The notes below the pieces were generated by a model that worked only from the letters and a program-made list of their open reading frames with translations, searched no databases and was not told the origin of the DNA. From Octopus bimaculoides (Eukaryota), in contig NC_068981.1 in NCBI RefSeq assembly GCF_001194135.2, positions 189,771,806-189,835,805 of the forward strand: a DNA stretch of 64,000 nucleotides, in the 5' to 3' direction. Below are positions 12,915-26,599 of the stretch, piece by piece (positions within the stretch are counted from its first letter, which is position 1; each line of letters begins with the position of its first letter). Both the position numbers and the translations under genes were made by a program.

Positions 12915-15177
12915 GGTGCACAGAGTGCAGAAGTTGTTCTAGCCTAATTTTGGGGTGCTGATTTCAGATACAAAACCAGTTTTCGCTCATCACCTCTAGT
13001 TTTTGAGATATACATTATTATGATTTTGCGATAATTCATGTAGCCATATATAAATATGATCAATTTTTATTTTGTTTTCCAGATTTTTGTGATACATATG
13101 ATACATGTCTCTACAATGGCATCAGGCACTTCAAAGCACTGAGGATGCTACATGTGTGGGGATTTCACTACAGTTGCACAACACCGGACAATTAAATCCC
13201 TCCTGAGAATTGCTTACTTTCATTATTTTGATTGCAAAATTATTTTGATTATAAAATTGGAGATTACGACAAATCCTGGGCCCCACACATCTGTTGTAAA
13301 CTCTGCTACAATAGACTAACTGCATGGTTTAACAGCAAGAAAGCAGCCTTCAATTTTGCTGTCCTGATGGTCTGCAGAGAGCCACGAAGCCATGCAGATG
13401 ATTATTACTTTTATCTAACAAATATTACAGGTTTCAAGNNNNNNNNNNNNNNNNNNNNNNNNNNNNNNNNNNNNNNNNNNNNNNNNNNNNNNNNNNNNNN
13501 NNNNNNNNNNNNNNNNNNNNNNNNNNNNNNAAATATCCCAACCTTTCCTCAGCTATGAGACCTGTTCCCCACTCAGATGATCTCCCTGTCTTTACACTCT
13601 CAACAAATAAGGACTTTCTTCCTTCATCAAGGGAAGAAATGCTTTCAGGGGAAGATTCTGCCAAGTTGATCTCTTCTGAAGACAATATCTCTGTTTATTC
13701 AGGAACAAGTGGCAATGAGCCCCACTGGATCACGCAGGAAGATCTCAATGACCTCGTCCATAATTTGTATCTATCTAAGCAGCAGTCAGAGCTCCTGGCA
13801 TCCTGGTTTAAGCAGTGGAATCTGGTTTAAGCAGTGGAATCTGGTCAAGATGTAAGGATCACCTGTTTCAGGACACGGAACCAGGACTGCTTCATTCTTT
13901 GACATAGCATAGAAAACAGGTTGTGCTACTGCACAAATGTCTCTGGTTTGTTCACCTTCCTTGGTTTCACACACAATCCCTCAGACTGACGTCTTTTCAT
14001 AGACTCTTCCAAGTGAAGTCTGAAAGCTGTGCACTCCTGTACAATGGAAATAATACCCCAGCATTCCTATTGCCTACTCAGCCCATTTGAAGGAGTTGTA
14101 TGACCATATGGAACTCCTTTTGGAAGCTATCAAGTACAAACAGTACCAGTGGAATCTCTGCGGGGACCTCAAGGTCATTGGGCTCCTTATGAGTATGCAA
14201 GTAGACTCCACAAAGTACTGTTGCTTTCCCTGTTCCTGGGACAGTCGGGCTATGTCCAAGCACTACAAGCAGAAGGACTGAGGATCTAGGAGCACTTTCA
14301 TGCCTGGTGAACACAGCGTTCAAGAAAATCCTCTGGTGGTCATGAACAAGGGGCTTCTTCCTCCTCTTCTTGGTTTAACGAAGAATTTCGTGAAGGCCAT
14401 GGATAAAAATGGTGCTGTCTTCCAATACTTGTTTCCCAGTTATGAGTTCTGCTAAGCTCAAAGAGGGAATCTTCTTCAGACCTCAGATCTGAGAGATGTT
14501 GAAGGATAAGGACTTTGAGGAGCTTCTTACCTTAAAGGAACTGAGTGTAGAAAGCATTTAAGTCAGTCTGCCATGGCTTCTTTGGTAACACACAGGTACT
14601 AGGTTACCAAGAGTGTATCAATAAGTTGTTACAGTCTTATGAGGATATGGGATGCTAAATGACACTAAAAATTCACTTTCTCTACTCCCAACTCAACCTC
14701 CTCCCTCCAAAGCTCGGAGCAGTAAGGGATGAGCATGGAGAAAAGTTCCACCAAAATGGAGAGCAACTACCAAGTCAAGTGGAATCCCAGCATGATGGGG
14801 ACATTGCTGGATGCTCCTGTGTGACATCCCAGGGGCAAAGTACAAAAGATCATCCAAAAAAACTCACTTCTACATGTCTGCTGTACTATGATTTTGTGTG
14901 TATTGTATTATCCAAGTAATTTAGTTCAATCAATGTTCTGTATCTATGCTGGGTTTTTTTCTGTAATATGCCTTTGTAACAGATGAAATAAACACATTAT
15001 ATTTTGAACTTATATACAGTATAATTAGAATAGGATATGTGAAAGCAAAATGCTAGAAGCAATAGAGCGAAACTGTTCAGGAAATTGAATTCACCACATC
15101 AAAGTTTGTAAACAAAAAAAACAAACACCTATTCATATCCTTGCCTCAGAGCAAAAAATTTTTTTCTAAACCAGTGT
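12915..15177 (+). mobile_element. Chapaev3-like (CMC superfamily) DNA transposon, near full-length, disrupted transposase ~13116-14880
   Basis: Motifs CYMCGDF, GDYDKSWAPHICCKLC, REPRSHADDYYFYLTNITGF, QWNLCGDLKVIGLL, TKYCCFPCSWDSR, LGAVRDEHGEKFHQ; 3' end '...tttttctaaaccagtg|taa'; 5' subterminal 'ttttggggtgctga'. Family assignment from remembered motif patterns. Confidence 0.75.
13439..13530. other. Assembly gap (92 N) inside the transposase
   Basis: N run. Confidence 1.
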
Positions 15178-15943
15178 AATTTAAACATTTACCACATTAA
15201 CTTCAAGAAACCGGTCAAAAACCTGACTACCAACTAATCAGACACTTGCACAAGGCAGACTTCATTTCACTAGGGAAAGGAATAGGCAAATAGTTGTATA
15301 CACTGAGTCCTTCTCTGATGAAGGACATTGGCTGGGGATCAGTGATGTTAAGATAATAACTAACTGAACTGAGAGGTACAAACCAAGAAAATTATCTGAA
15401 GATACTGAAGCTGAAAGACGCCTCAGCAAGATGTAAGTTCAATGAAGGTTTTGGTTGATGTGTATTAGAAGAAAAAGGAAATAGAGACTTAGAGGAAGTG
15501 GAGGAAGACAGACTACTGTAGAGCAAGGTTCCAGCTGCAAAGAAGATGACATGGTAGTGAAATGACACAGCAGATAGATCCACTAAAGCTTATATTTAGG
15601 AATGGAAGAAGAGATAGAACAAGAGACAATATTAAATAGTTGGAAGATAATATTAAATAGTATCAGGTACTTGTAGCTTAGAGGGTTAAATGGTAAGAGG
15701 TTTGCCAATGTTCTGCAAAGAGGGGATCACAGGCATGAGGTATTCCTAATTGTAAATCAATGTATTAGTGCAATTCAAGGGATTCAGTGTGCAACACTCA
15801 ATCTCTCTCTCTCTCTCTCTTACCGACGAGAAGAAAGAGACTTGGAAATTATTCCCTCTCTTACTACTTTGTCTGGAAAAAAGGGCAGTACCCATAACCC
15901 TTTATTTTTTTCAGGGCTGATATGATTGGTGAATGAAAGGTAA

Positions 15944-16323
15944 CTCTTTTACTCTTTTACTTGTTTCAGTCATTTGACTGTGGCCATGCTGAAGCACTGC
16001 CTTTTGTTGAGCAAATCAACCGCAGGACTTACTCTTTGTAAGCCTAGTACTTATTCTATCAGTCTCTTTTGCCGAACCGCTAAGTTACGGGGACTTAAAC
16101 ATGCCAGCATTGGTTGTCAAGCGATGTTGGGGGGACAAACACAGACACACAAACATATACACACACATATATACATATATACGACAGGCTTCTTCCAGTT
16201 TCTGTCTACCAAATCCACTCACAAGGCTTTGGTTGGCCCGAGGCTATAGTAGAAGACACTTGCCCAAGGTGCCATGCAGTGGGACTGAACCCAGAACCAT
16301 GTGGTCCGTAAGCAAGCTACTTA
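15944..16323 (-). mobile_element. SINE A copy
   Basis: Matches 6195-6637. Confidence 0.85.
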
Positions 16324-16834
16324 GTAAGAAGTTATCCTTAAAATCAGTCACCTGACCCAAAAGCTTCAATGAAATGAACTCTGGTAAAGGAATCTCAAGA
16401 GGTAGTGTTAAACCAGGTATGAATTATGTCCCCTACCCAAGGAGCACCCAGAACAAATACCACAAGGTATCTTACATGACACAACTAAATAGATATAAAT
16501 GTAGTTGAGATTTTTTTTCTGAAGGGTTTATTGAATTATTATTTCAGGATTTTGTATTATTTTCACTACATCCACCTCACAACCCTATCCAAACTCTACA
16601 GTTGTCACCTATTCTTCCCTACCCACTACTCAACCATCCACACCTGTTCTTCATTCATATCATTAGCATACTGGACCAAATGCTTAGCAGAATTTCATTC
16701 TGAGTTCAAATTCTGCTGAGGTCAACTTTGCTTTTTGTCACTTCAGAACTGGTTAAAAAAAAATTTTTTAAAAAAGTACTAGTTGAGTACTGGGATTGAT
16801 GTGAATTTCAGGTCTTGTGCCTATAACAGAAAGG

Positions 16835-17100
16835 ATTATATTCATCCCTTCACTCATTCAACATTCTTCACCATCCCATACACTTATGCAACCTCTACCA
16901 CATACACTGCTAGTTCTTCTATCTCCACTCACCCCTACTCACCTTGAACCTTAAGAGAACACTCAGACATCACATCACAACTATTTTAATCTCTTCCCAG
17001 CTCCACACCATCTTTTCTAAAACACGAGTAACTATGTTGCTCTTCCACAGCAAGAAACCTGTTTGCTATGGCCCCCTTCTCTCATAATTTAAGCCCTTAC
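16835..17100 (+). repeat. Pyrimidine-rich unclassified interspersed repeat (family G)
   Basis: 'ccatcttttctaaaacacgagtaactatgttgctcttccacagcaagaaacc' aligns with the reverse complement of ~18720-18780. Confidence 0.45.
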
Positions 17101-17539
17101 CTCTCAGCACAAACCCATCTACAGAAGCCATGCCACAGACACTGGAGCATGATGCAGTCTCTGGACCCATCGGATCCTGTCAAATCATCCAACCGATACC
17201 ATCATGGAACATGGATGTTGATGATGAAAAGGAGGAGGGGTAGTTTATATGTAAATTGTTGAATGACAATAATAATTGAGAACAATTGTGGAAACTTCCA
17301 GAAGGATTAGTTCTCTAAAAGTCAGAAAAACAAAATGATTCTAGCAAACCTGTGCTAAATTTTAATGATACTTGTTGTGTATCATTAAAACAACTTAAGG
17401 TGAAACAAATGAAACTAATAAAGGTACAATATTTTAATCAATGAAAAATACCAGTTTAGAGAAGAAATGACAGCATTTACACACACTCATAATTTAAAAA
17501 GAAATGTCAGTGCTGCATAACTAGCACCTGTGCTGAAGG

Positions 17540-17835
17540 CATGTAAAAAGCACCTTTTCAGCGTTGAGCCTCACGGAAGCAATGACAAATGACTGAGACC
17601 TTTGGCAATAAGCTGTGCTTAAGTAGAAGACTCATCCGGTCAGTGACAGATACTGGCTGGTGGCATGTAAAAGCACCTATTACACTCTCAGAGTGGTTGG
17701 CATTAGGAAGGGCATCCAGCTGTAGAAACCATGCCAAATCAGATTGGAGTCTGGTACAGCCCTTCAGCTTACCAGCTCTGGTCAAACTGTCCAACCTATG
17801 CCAACATAGACAACAGACGTTAAATGATGACGATG
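17540..17835 (+). mobile_element. RTE ORF2 C-terminus plus 3' UTR
   Basis: Translates to LSLTEAMTND*DLWQ*AVL, then the 'ggaagggcatcc' UTR and (ATG)n tail. Confidence 0.75.
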
Positions 17836-18602
17836 ATTATTTAAAGAGAAATACTAGAACTATGGTAAAACTGGGATGTTGTAGAAAATACATCCCAGTG
17901 TCAAGTATGAGGTAAAATTGGCTGTTAATGTCTAACCTTTTGTTAAATGTTGTAATAGAAAGGTAAACTCAGTGTTCAGTAGCAGAGAAGAAAAAAAAAG
18001 GAAAAAATTGTAAAAGTCAGTAGGCAAAAATTGCAGACCAGATACTATCAGAAGTGAGGAAATGTACATTATGTTGAACATTAACTGAATAATAATGAAT
18101 ACACGCTGAGAATGACACATCAATGGAACAGACAGTTTAGATATGAAAGTGGATTTAGCAGGAGATAAGAATTCCTAGTGTGTTGTGTTGTATCAGTAAA
18201 TATCATTTGACAGAATAAATAGAGAAAAATCCAATGTACATTTACGACAATAACAACATTTTTTTTTTGCACCATATATCAAAGGAAGCTCTTAAGTAAA
18301 TGGTAATGTTTACAACACAAATCTCATTACTAGATAAGGAGTGGGGGAGGTGTTCTTGACAACTACATCTTTGTCATCAATAGCCTAAAAACCAATATTA
18401 TGAAGAAAATATTTTGCAATAACATGTAAGAAATCCTACAAAGTGGCCTAAGCACATTAAATTCTATACAGTAAACATATTTAAGTAGTTATTTGGGAGG
18501 ATTTGTTAAACTTCAGTGATTTCACCTCAACTACCAAATGTCATCACTACAATGGCTAGAGGTTTAAGAAGACTAAAACTTGCATGCACATGTATGTGTA
18601 CG

Positions 18603-18633
<31 letters not shown>

Positions 18634-18689
18634 ATGTGTGTATGTGTGTATCATACTTCAGCTTCTCAACACCTGGCATAATGCCACCT

Positions 18690-19400
18690 GATGAGGTTGA
18701 AGTACGATAGAGGGGACAGGCACAAGTGTCTTGCTACGGAGGAGATACATGCTACCCAACAGTTTAAAAAGATGGATGGAAGTAATTGGAAAGAAGACAA
18801 TGATGGTGGTGATAGAGTGTATACTCAAGATACACAAAGGTGAGTGTAAGAGAGAATAAGAATAAAGAATAAGGAAGGGTGGTAGATGGGTAGAGACGGG
18901 TGCAGAGGTGAATGTAATAAATGGAACTAGAGAAGAGATTTAGTAGATGATAAATATAAGTATGGCTGGGAGGTTGTGTGAGAAAGAATAGGGGTGGCTC
19001 AGGTAAGAGAAGGTGATAGGTGTTAGGACAATGAAGGGAGGAGAGCAGCAGTCTAACAAACCTGCAGGTAGACCAGAAAATATGTAGATGAAGTGTAGGG
19101 GACGGGGGGAGGCAAAGGAGACAGAGAGAGTGAGAGAGATGTAGAGAGATTGGTGGAAAATAAAGTAGGAAGGGATGACATTGAGAATGGGAAATGGATT
19201 TTAAAAGGAAGTGGTCTTAAGGAGAGTGGAAGTAAAGAAAGAAGAGATATAAGCATGTTCTGTTCTTATGATTATAACATCTGAATAATGCTGCAGTTAG
19301 AAGAGTGGAGGGATGAGTGTTAGGAAAATGAGGGGTGGAAAAGGCTTAACACAGATGAATTGAGTGTAGGGTCCAATAAGTGTAGAGATATAAATGGAAT
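18690..19400 (-). repeat. Purine-rich (on +) family G remnant, probably an old retroelement
   Basis: Similar to 16835-17100 in opposite orientation; strong strand asymmetry. Confidence 0.4.
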
Positions 19401-19439
19401 AGTTTTAGGACCTCACTCTCATTGAAACAGACAGGTTTT

Positions 19440-21250
19440 CTCAAGCACAAGGAATTGCCAGCCATCTCAGTCCTTTGTTGTCAGCTTCGTGAGGGTCAAC
19501 ATTCTGAGATCAGCCATCACTATTTCATCCCATGTCTTCCTGGATTTCCCTTTTGCTCAGGTTCTATTCACTTAAACAACTGACACTTCTTTATACAACT
19601 GTCCTTATCTCTACATATCACATGACCACATCAGCACACTCTTCTTGTACCCAATTCTTCACACAACACATTTTGACTTCATCATATAAGCACACTGATG
19701 TTTTACATCCAATGGACCATACAGGCTTCATTATTTTCCTGTCTTTGCATACCCTCTACATTCAGGGCCAATATCTCACTACCATGTAACATTGCTGTTT
19801 GTACACAAGCATCATACAATCTACCTTTTATTACTAACATAGGTAATAGCTCTGAATTTTCTCCATCTGCTTCTTATTCTAGCAACTATACTTTTGGAAC
19901 ATGCTCCTCCACTGCTAATTTGGTGACCTAAGTAAGAGAAACTATCTACTAACCCCTAGAAAATTTCCTGAGTACTCAAGAAAATCTATTTCCCATATGT
20001 TTTTAGCTTTTATTGCTTCTGTGCATCTGCCACATGTAGAGTCTACTTTTCTACAATCTTATTGCACCTTTTGTGTCCATATCTTGCACTGAGTACACCA
20101 TGTGGAATTTCTTTCTACACCTTCCCTACACATCACACAGAACCATTTTCCAGAAAGGAGCAGACTAGACTCTTGTTTGTTTTCCTGCTAAGTAGAACTT
20201 TGATTTTTGCTAAGTTAACTTTTAGATCCTTTGAATCCAAGTTTTGCTGCCATACCTGGAATTATTTTTTTAACTCTACAACAGATTCTGATAAGAACAA
20301 GCTCATCAGAATATATTTCCCAAGGGCCACCCCTCTATTATGCATAAGAGGGATCTGAGAACTAAGGTCAGATGAGCTATACACTAAATCAGCTGTTGTA
20401 CTTGTTGGTAGCAACACCTCTGTACATGGAATTGATGAATGGCTTATCAGAGCCATCTAAGCCTAGCTTCCTCAGCAACTCCAAATCACAAAGAACCTTG
20501 TTAAAGGTCTTCTCAAAGCTGACAAATGCCAAATACAATAACTTAAGTTTAGTTAAATAAGACCCCACTTATTAGGTTCATGTTGAGAAGGACCACTTTC
20601 GCCCATGTATTCTCCACATTCAGTAGCCTGTCATAGAAGCACTTCCATGCCACTTTCTTTCCAGAATCACTATCTACCTACAACACATTTCTCACCACTG
20701 GCATCTCAGTTGTCTCTGATACATTCTTTTGCGATCTCATACTTTTGATTCTCATACTGTGGAACTTTGGCAAACATCTTCCTTTCTGCTTCTCTCCTCT
20801 AACTCCCTAATATGATTCTCTGCTACACCCATCATTCCAATATTTTCAAGCCTATCTCTTTGCTCTGTTTTCTTCACTGTTCTACCACCACATCACCCTC
20901 GGTCTTGATGGAACTTTGCACTAGCCACAGACTTGGACCAGTACCCTCAACAGGCTGCTGTGAAGGAACTTCCAGTTCTCTTCTATGCTATACATCTCTA
21001 TCTCCTCTGCCTTCTTATCAAATACTTCAACTTGTACTTCTCTAAATTTCTGACTGCTTCACTAAATCTTCCATAGCTTTCTCTTCCAGACTGATTTGTG
21101 TCTCTGTGTCCTTCTAACCCTAAGTTTGAAGTCACTAACTACTAACCTATGTAACCTTGTACATTTCTCACTCAGGAAGGACTTTACATTCACAAACATC
21201 TGTCTATCCCATTTTTTAGTGAGAATGTAACCAGTCTGGCTAGTGTGCCC
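19440..21250 (-). mobile_element. Decayed RTE-clade LINE ORF2 (RT to C-terminus)
   Basis: Minus translation LYLAFVSFEKTFNKV (~AFVDLEKAFDRV), GPWEIYSDELVLI (~PWELLYADDLVL), RKTWDEIV..DLRML. Confidence 0.8.
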
Positions 21251-21289
21251 ACCAGCTTGATAGGTAATTAAATGACCAGCTAGTTTATA

Positions 21290-21860
21290 TAATAATGATA
21301 ATGAAATTATTGTATACAGTGCTCAGGTGCACTACAACTTGTCAAAAGTGTGCATAAAGCATATGCAGAATTGTACAGATGTCTGGAAAGTGAACAGTGT
21401 ATGAGTCAGATACATGCTTGCGTGTGTATGGAGGGGAGAAAATCAGGTGTAGTGTTGGCGAATCTCAGGAAGCATGGAAGTTTTGAAGGATGCAGTACTC
21501 CGACAACTAACAACTGATGCTGGCAGTTTGTTCCATACTTCAGCAACTCTTAGCATGAAAAAGTGTTTCTGAAAGTCATGGGAGCTGTGCTGTTTTCTGA
21601 CTTTGTAAACATGTCCACAGGTGTTAGACAGGTGTTAGACAGGTGTTAGACAGGTGGAGTTTGAAAAGGTGCTCAGAGTTATTATTAGTAAGATGGTTAA
21701 TAATTTTATGGGTGTCTGCCAAGTCAGCTGCCAGATGTCGATATTTCAATGTATCCATACCCAGGGAAGTAAGGCGTTCAGAATATGGCAAATGCCTGTT
21801 TCTTGATGTTCATGCAGCAGATTGTCATGTCATTTGCATAATAGAACTCCAAGAGGTGAA
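21290..21860 (-). mobile_element. CR1-like LINE 3' end
   Basis: LPYSERLTSLGMDTLK ... FFMLRVAEVWNKLPASVV ... FKTSMLPEIRQHYT*, short UTR, (ATT)-like tail. Confidence 0.8.
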
Positions 21861-22379
21861 TGTAGTAGATGAGAAGGGATAATACATGATACATATGAGT
21901 TGAGGAGTAGGTGTTGATTGGCACTACAGGAAGGTGAAGGGCAGCAAGATAAAAAGAGATGACGTATGTGGCAGAGGTACAGGCAACAAGAGTGTGATTA
22001 ACAAGAAGTTGAAAGAGTTTGTGCAGGGAGTAGTGCATGAAGAGAGTGAGAGATGTATGGTGATATGGACACAGGAAGTGGCTTAGTAGGAAGGGAGAAG
22101 TAATTTGGTGGCCTATAAGGGTGGAGAGATCAATGTAAAGTATGATTGAAAAGGACAATGTATGAATGAAGGATGGAAATTAATTGAAGCAGTTCAGAGT
22201 AGAGATAAATATAACTGGTATCATAGAAAAGATGCAGCTATACTTTCATTTGATTACAGCAGTAGAATACTGCAGTTGACAAGAGATAGATCAATGATGG
22301 AGAATAAAAGGGTAGAGGGAAAATCAGGTGAGGTGCTCAAATGTATATATATATATATATAGGCATTTTGATTCTAGAT

Positions 22380-23050
22380 TCTCAGTTTTACCAAGATAGT
22401 TGGCCTTCTTGAGCACATCTCTCTTCCACAAGTTTCATCCACGCTAAGAGATAAACACTTTATACAGCTATTCTCATCCATATGCATCACATGGCCATAC
22501 CAGCACAAACTTCACTCTTGCACAGTACATCTGAATCTGTTTACATGTAATTTTCCTTGCAACATGTTTGCTCTTTATCATAAGCACACTGATGTTGCAC
22601 ATCCAACGGGGACAATAGCTTAATTCCTTTCTCACCTTTGCATGTTCTCTGCATTGAGTCTACATCTCACTGTCATGTAGCAGAGTTATTTATACACAAA
22701 CATCATACAATCTGCCTTTCACTTGGAAAGAAACTTTTTCTTACCAACAGAAATAACAACCTATTCTTATTCTCGCAGCTATATTTTCAGAACAACTTCT
22801 CCCATTGCTAATTAGGTCAGCTAGATAACTACAACCTCTAGAGATTCTACTGGGCATTTGATAAAATCTACTTCCTATGCACTCTTAGTGATTATTGCTC
22901 TTGTACATCCACCACATACAAAATTTTTGTCTGTTAACCTGTGTGTAATATCACATGCACCTCTTGTGTGTTCACTATTCGTACTGTGCACATCATATGT
23001 AATTTCTACTCATTCCTTATCTATATAATGAGCAAGGCTCATTCCCTGAC
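22380..23050 (-). mobile_element. Second decayed RTE ORF2 C-terminal fragment
   Basis: Parallels ~19560-20150 (shared 'catcatacaatct.cct', 'aagcacactgatgtt..acatcca'). Confidence 0.65.
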
Positions 23051-23655
23051 ATACCCTCAATGAAACTGCTTAAAACTATTTTTGTTTAATATCCATTTTC
23101 CCAAATATGAGAAATTTATTTTTTAGCTTCATCCGTTGAAGTTTTTAATACGCAAATCAACTCAGAAACGTCAATTTGACTGGTTAAAGGGAAGTAACTC
23201 TGCAATACAGCGCTAAATTACTTTCATACTTGATAGTACACGACAGCAACCTAGCACTTCCAAGATGGCCATTTAATGACTACAAGTTTTATTCCGTCAT
23301 CTGAAGATCTTTTGGTCTAAAATTAATTCATTATTTAAGTGTTATGATGCAACTAATTGGTGAAACTCGGGGTAGCAGCTTTACTAGACCTGCAGACTAT
23401 ATATCATAGAGCTTTATAAAGGTTTATTTGTCATGAAACCTTTATAGCTCCATGTAAAAATATGTATTAAGCTCAATGATTATCAGCGTTTATAATATAT
23501 ATATATATATATAAAATTTATTAATGAGGGTAGAAATTGATATTGATCAATTAAAACCAGTGGTCTAGCATATTAAGAAATCCGAATAATTAAAATTATA
23601 TTACATAGCATCTATTTCTAGCATTCAAGAATCCACATTTGCTGGTCATTCCTCT

Positions 23656-24602
23656 NNNNNNNNNNNNNNNNNNNNNNNNNNNNNNNNNNNNNNNNNNNNN
23701 NNNNNNNNNNNNNNNNNNNNNNNNNNNNNNNNNNNNNNNNNNNNNNNNNNNNNNNNNNNNNNNNNNNNNNNNNNNNNNNNNNNNNNNNNNNNNNNNNNNN
23801 NNNNNNNNNNNNNNNNNNNNNNNNNNNNNNNNNNNNNNNNNNNNNNNNNNNNNNNNNNNNNNNNNNNNNNNNNNNNNNNNNNNNNNNNNNNNNNNNNNNN
23901 NNNNNNNNNNNNNNNNNNNNNNNNNNNNNNNNNNNNNNNNNNNNNNNNNNNNNNNNNNNNNNNNNNNNNNNNNNNNNNNNNNNNNNNNNNNNNNNNNNNN
24001 NNNNNNNNNNNNNNNNNNNNNNNNNNNNNNNNNNNNNNNNNNNNNNNNNNNNNNNNNNNNNNNNNNNNNNNNNNNNNNNNNNNNNNNNNNNNNNNNNNNN
24101 NNNNNNNNNNNNNNNNNNNNNNNNNNNNNNNNNNNNNNNNNNNNNNNNNNNNNNNNNNNNNNNNNNNNNNNNNNNNNNNNNNNNNNNNNNNNNNNNNNNN
24201 NNNNNNNNNNNNNNNNNNNNNNNNNNNNNNNNNNNNNNNNNNNNNNNNNNNNNNNNNNNNNNNNNNNNNNNNNNNNNNNNNNNNNNNNNNNNNNNNNNNN
24301 NNNNNNNNNNNNNNNNNNNNNNNNNNNNNNNNNNNNNNNNNNNNNNNNNNNNNNNNNNNNNNNNNNNNNNNNNNNNNNNNNNNNNNNNNNNNNNNNNNNN
24401 NNNNNNNNNNNNNNNNNNNNNNNNNNNNNNNNNNNNNNNNNNNNNNNNNNNNNNNNNNNNNNNNNNNNNNNNNNNNNNNNNNNNNNNNNNNNNNNNNNNN
24501 NNNNNNNNNNNNNNNNNNNNNNNNNNNNNNNNNNNNNNNNNNNNNNNNNNNNNNNNNNNNNNNNNNNNNNNNNNNNNNNNNNNNNNNNNNNNNNNNNNNN
24601 NN
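23656..24602. other. Assembly gap (947 N), followed by a (GA)-rich tract
   Basis: N run; the long X ORFs here are artefacts. Confidence 1.
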
Positions 24603-24819
24603 GGAGTCCAAGAACGAAAATGAGCAACGAGAGGTAGAGAGGGAGAGAGATAGTAGTAGTAACAGTGAGAGGGGAAGGACGAGCAGCGAGAGATAGAGAG
24701 AGAGAGAGATAGTAGTGACAGGGAGAGGCAAAGAACAGTAGAGGGAAGAATGAGAGGAGGAGATAGATATAGAGATAGAGAGAGTCGCGTTAGAAAAATA
24801 GTTAAAACTTACTGTATAA

Positions 24820-25157
24820 AGGTCAACGCGTGAGTTCTGTCTTGTCCCGGTGGCACGTGAACAAAACATTCGAGTGAGGTTGTTGCCAGTGCCGCTGGAC
24901 TGGCTCCTCTGCAGGTGACACCTAAAAAACACCATTTGAGCGTGGCCGTTGCCAGTACCACCAGACTAGCCTTTGTGCCGGTGGCATGTAAAAGCACCCA
25001 CTACCCTCTCAGAGTGGTTGGCATTAGGAAGGGCATCTAGCAGTAGACACTCTGCCAAATCAGCTTGGAGCCTGGTACAGCCATCTGGTTCGCCAGTCCT
25101 CAGTCAAATCGTCCAACCCATGCTAGCATGGAAAGCAGACGTTAAATGATGATTATG
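24820..25157 (+). mobile_element. RTE 3' UTR copy
   Basis: Same motif set and (ATG)n tail as 12140-12352. Confidence 0.8.
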
Positions 25158-25292
25158 AGGAGGAGGAGGAAATAAATAAAATGTCCATCCTGAAATACAA
25201 CAATATCTGTTTCAACACATGATTTCACATCTGGAATCATGCAAAACGAATATATATAGATATACGCATGCATGTATGCACACAAATACATA

Positions 25293-25492
25293 CAGGGTGG
25301 CCCAAAAGTAGGTTTACAGTTATTCAGCTATCTCTTTCACATTCATATATTAACAGTTTAGATCTTAATTATGAAAATATATGAAACCATTATTCTATGC
25401 TAGTAAGATAGAAATTCAGATGTAATAAAATGTTTTAAAAGAAATTTAAAGTGCCTGCATGATAACCACAAACCTACTTTTGGGCCACCCTA
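25293..25492. mobile_element. 200-bp Tc1/mariner-type MITE
   Basis: TA|cagggtggcccaaaagtaggttt ... aaacctacttttgggccaccct(a)|TA; ~23-bp TIR, TA target. Confidence 0.9.
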
Positions 25493-26187
25493 TATATATA
25501 TATTGTATTTTATTACCTTTGGTGCACTTGCTATTCACATATATTTATAATTTTATATTATATGAAAAACAAAAGCTACGCCATTTGTATTGAAGTGTAT
25601 TTGCAGTAGTTTGATTGAGATTTCCTCTGTAATGACTGACTGAGTGTTATTAGCATCATTATGGCAATCTTAATAGTAAGAATTAGCAAATATTACAATG
25701 CAATTCATAATTCTGCTCAACTACAGCAACACCAGTATCCACTTGTTTAAACCTAAGACTCTTATAATGCCCAATATTTCAAAGCTCTGGCTGTGAAGTA
25801 GAGTGAATTCACTGGCAGATCAATAATGGTAGAGAATATTAGAATTTGAGACTTATAAATAAGTCAGAGTTCTTCAGAGTAAACTACATTTACACTAATT
25901 ACAACTCATGAAGTCAAGGAAATATTTTTAAACCAATCACATAATCAATTTAGGTGAAATAAGAAAAACAAATAAACACACACACACACACACACACACC
26001 AGTTTTTGTTTAGTTGATTCCAAACTTCATGAAAGAGGGGGAAAATAGTGCAATCTTAAATAGACAAGTAGAGTTGCTGGAAGACTTATTTCAATCATTG
26101 CTATTAGTTAATGGTCTTTAGTATTGAATAGAAATCAGGCAATAAGCATTTGTTGATTAAATTTCATGTTGAACTCAATCTGTACAG

Positions 26188-26264
26188 TAGAAATAAGAAA
26201 TCTCAAAGTAAAAACAAATACGCAACAAGAACCAATTACTGCTCTGTCTAAACTATATCCTCAG
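26188..26264 (+). CDS. Candidate 77-nt exon (xEIRNLKVKTNTQQEPITALSKLYPQ)
   Basis: ctgtacag| ... CAG|gtaaga, open phase 1 to 0. Confidence 0.35.
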
Positions 26265-26599
26265 GTAAGAAGGGAAACAGATTTTGAAAACAAGGAGTGT
26301 TGCTGAATGACTTTTTTAGAGGGAGGTAAGGAGATGGAGGTGAGTTACTTTGAAGATGAAATCAAAAGAGTTTGTTATTTACCAATGGGTTTGTTTGTTT
26401 TGAGGGATATTTTTTTTTTGTTTCTTGGACAAAAAGTTCTGACACTTTTTACTCTTCACAGCAACAAATTCTACACTTTCTGTGAATTTTGTTACTATTC
26501 CTGCCAATACAAATCATCACCAATTCCCTCAGATTCTGAATTTTCTTCACCCATAAAAGATGAAAGGAAGAAAAAGAAAGAAAAAAAATGGAAGGAATA

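Noticed and set aside
15305-15330. ctgatga as a hammerhead core
   Set aside because: It forms only a simple gtcctt/aaggac hairpin, with no GAAA or three-way junction.
23596-24935. Longest ORFs in the track (332-429 aa)
   Set aside because: They run through a 947-N gap.
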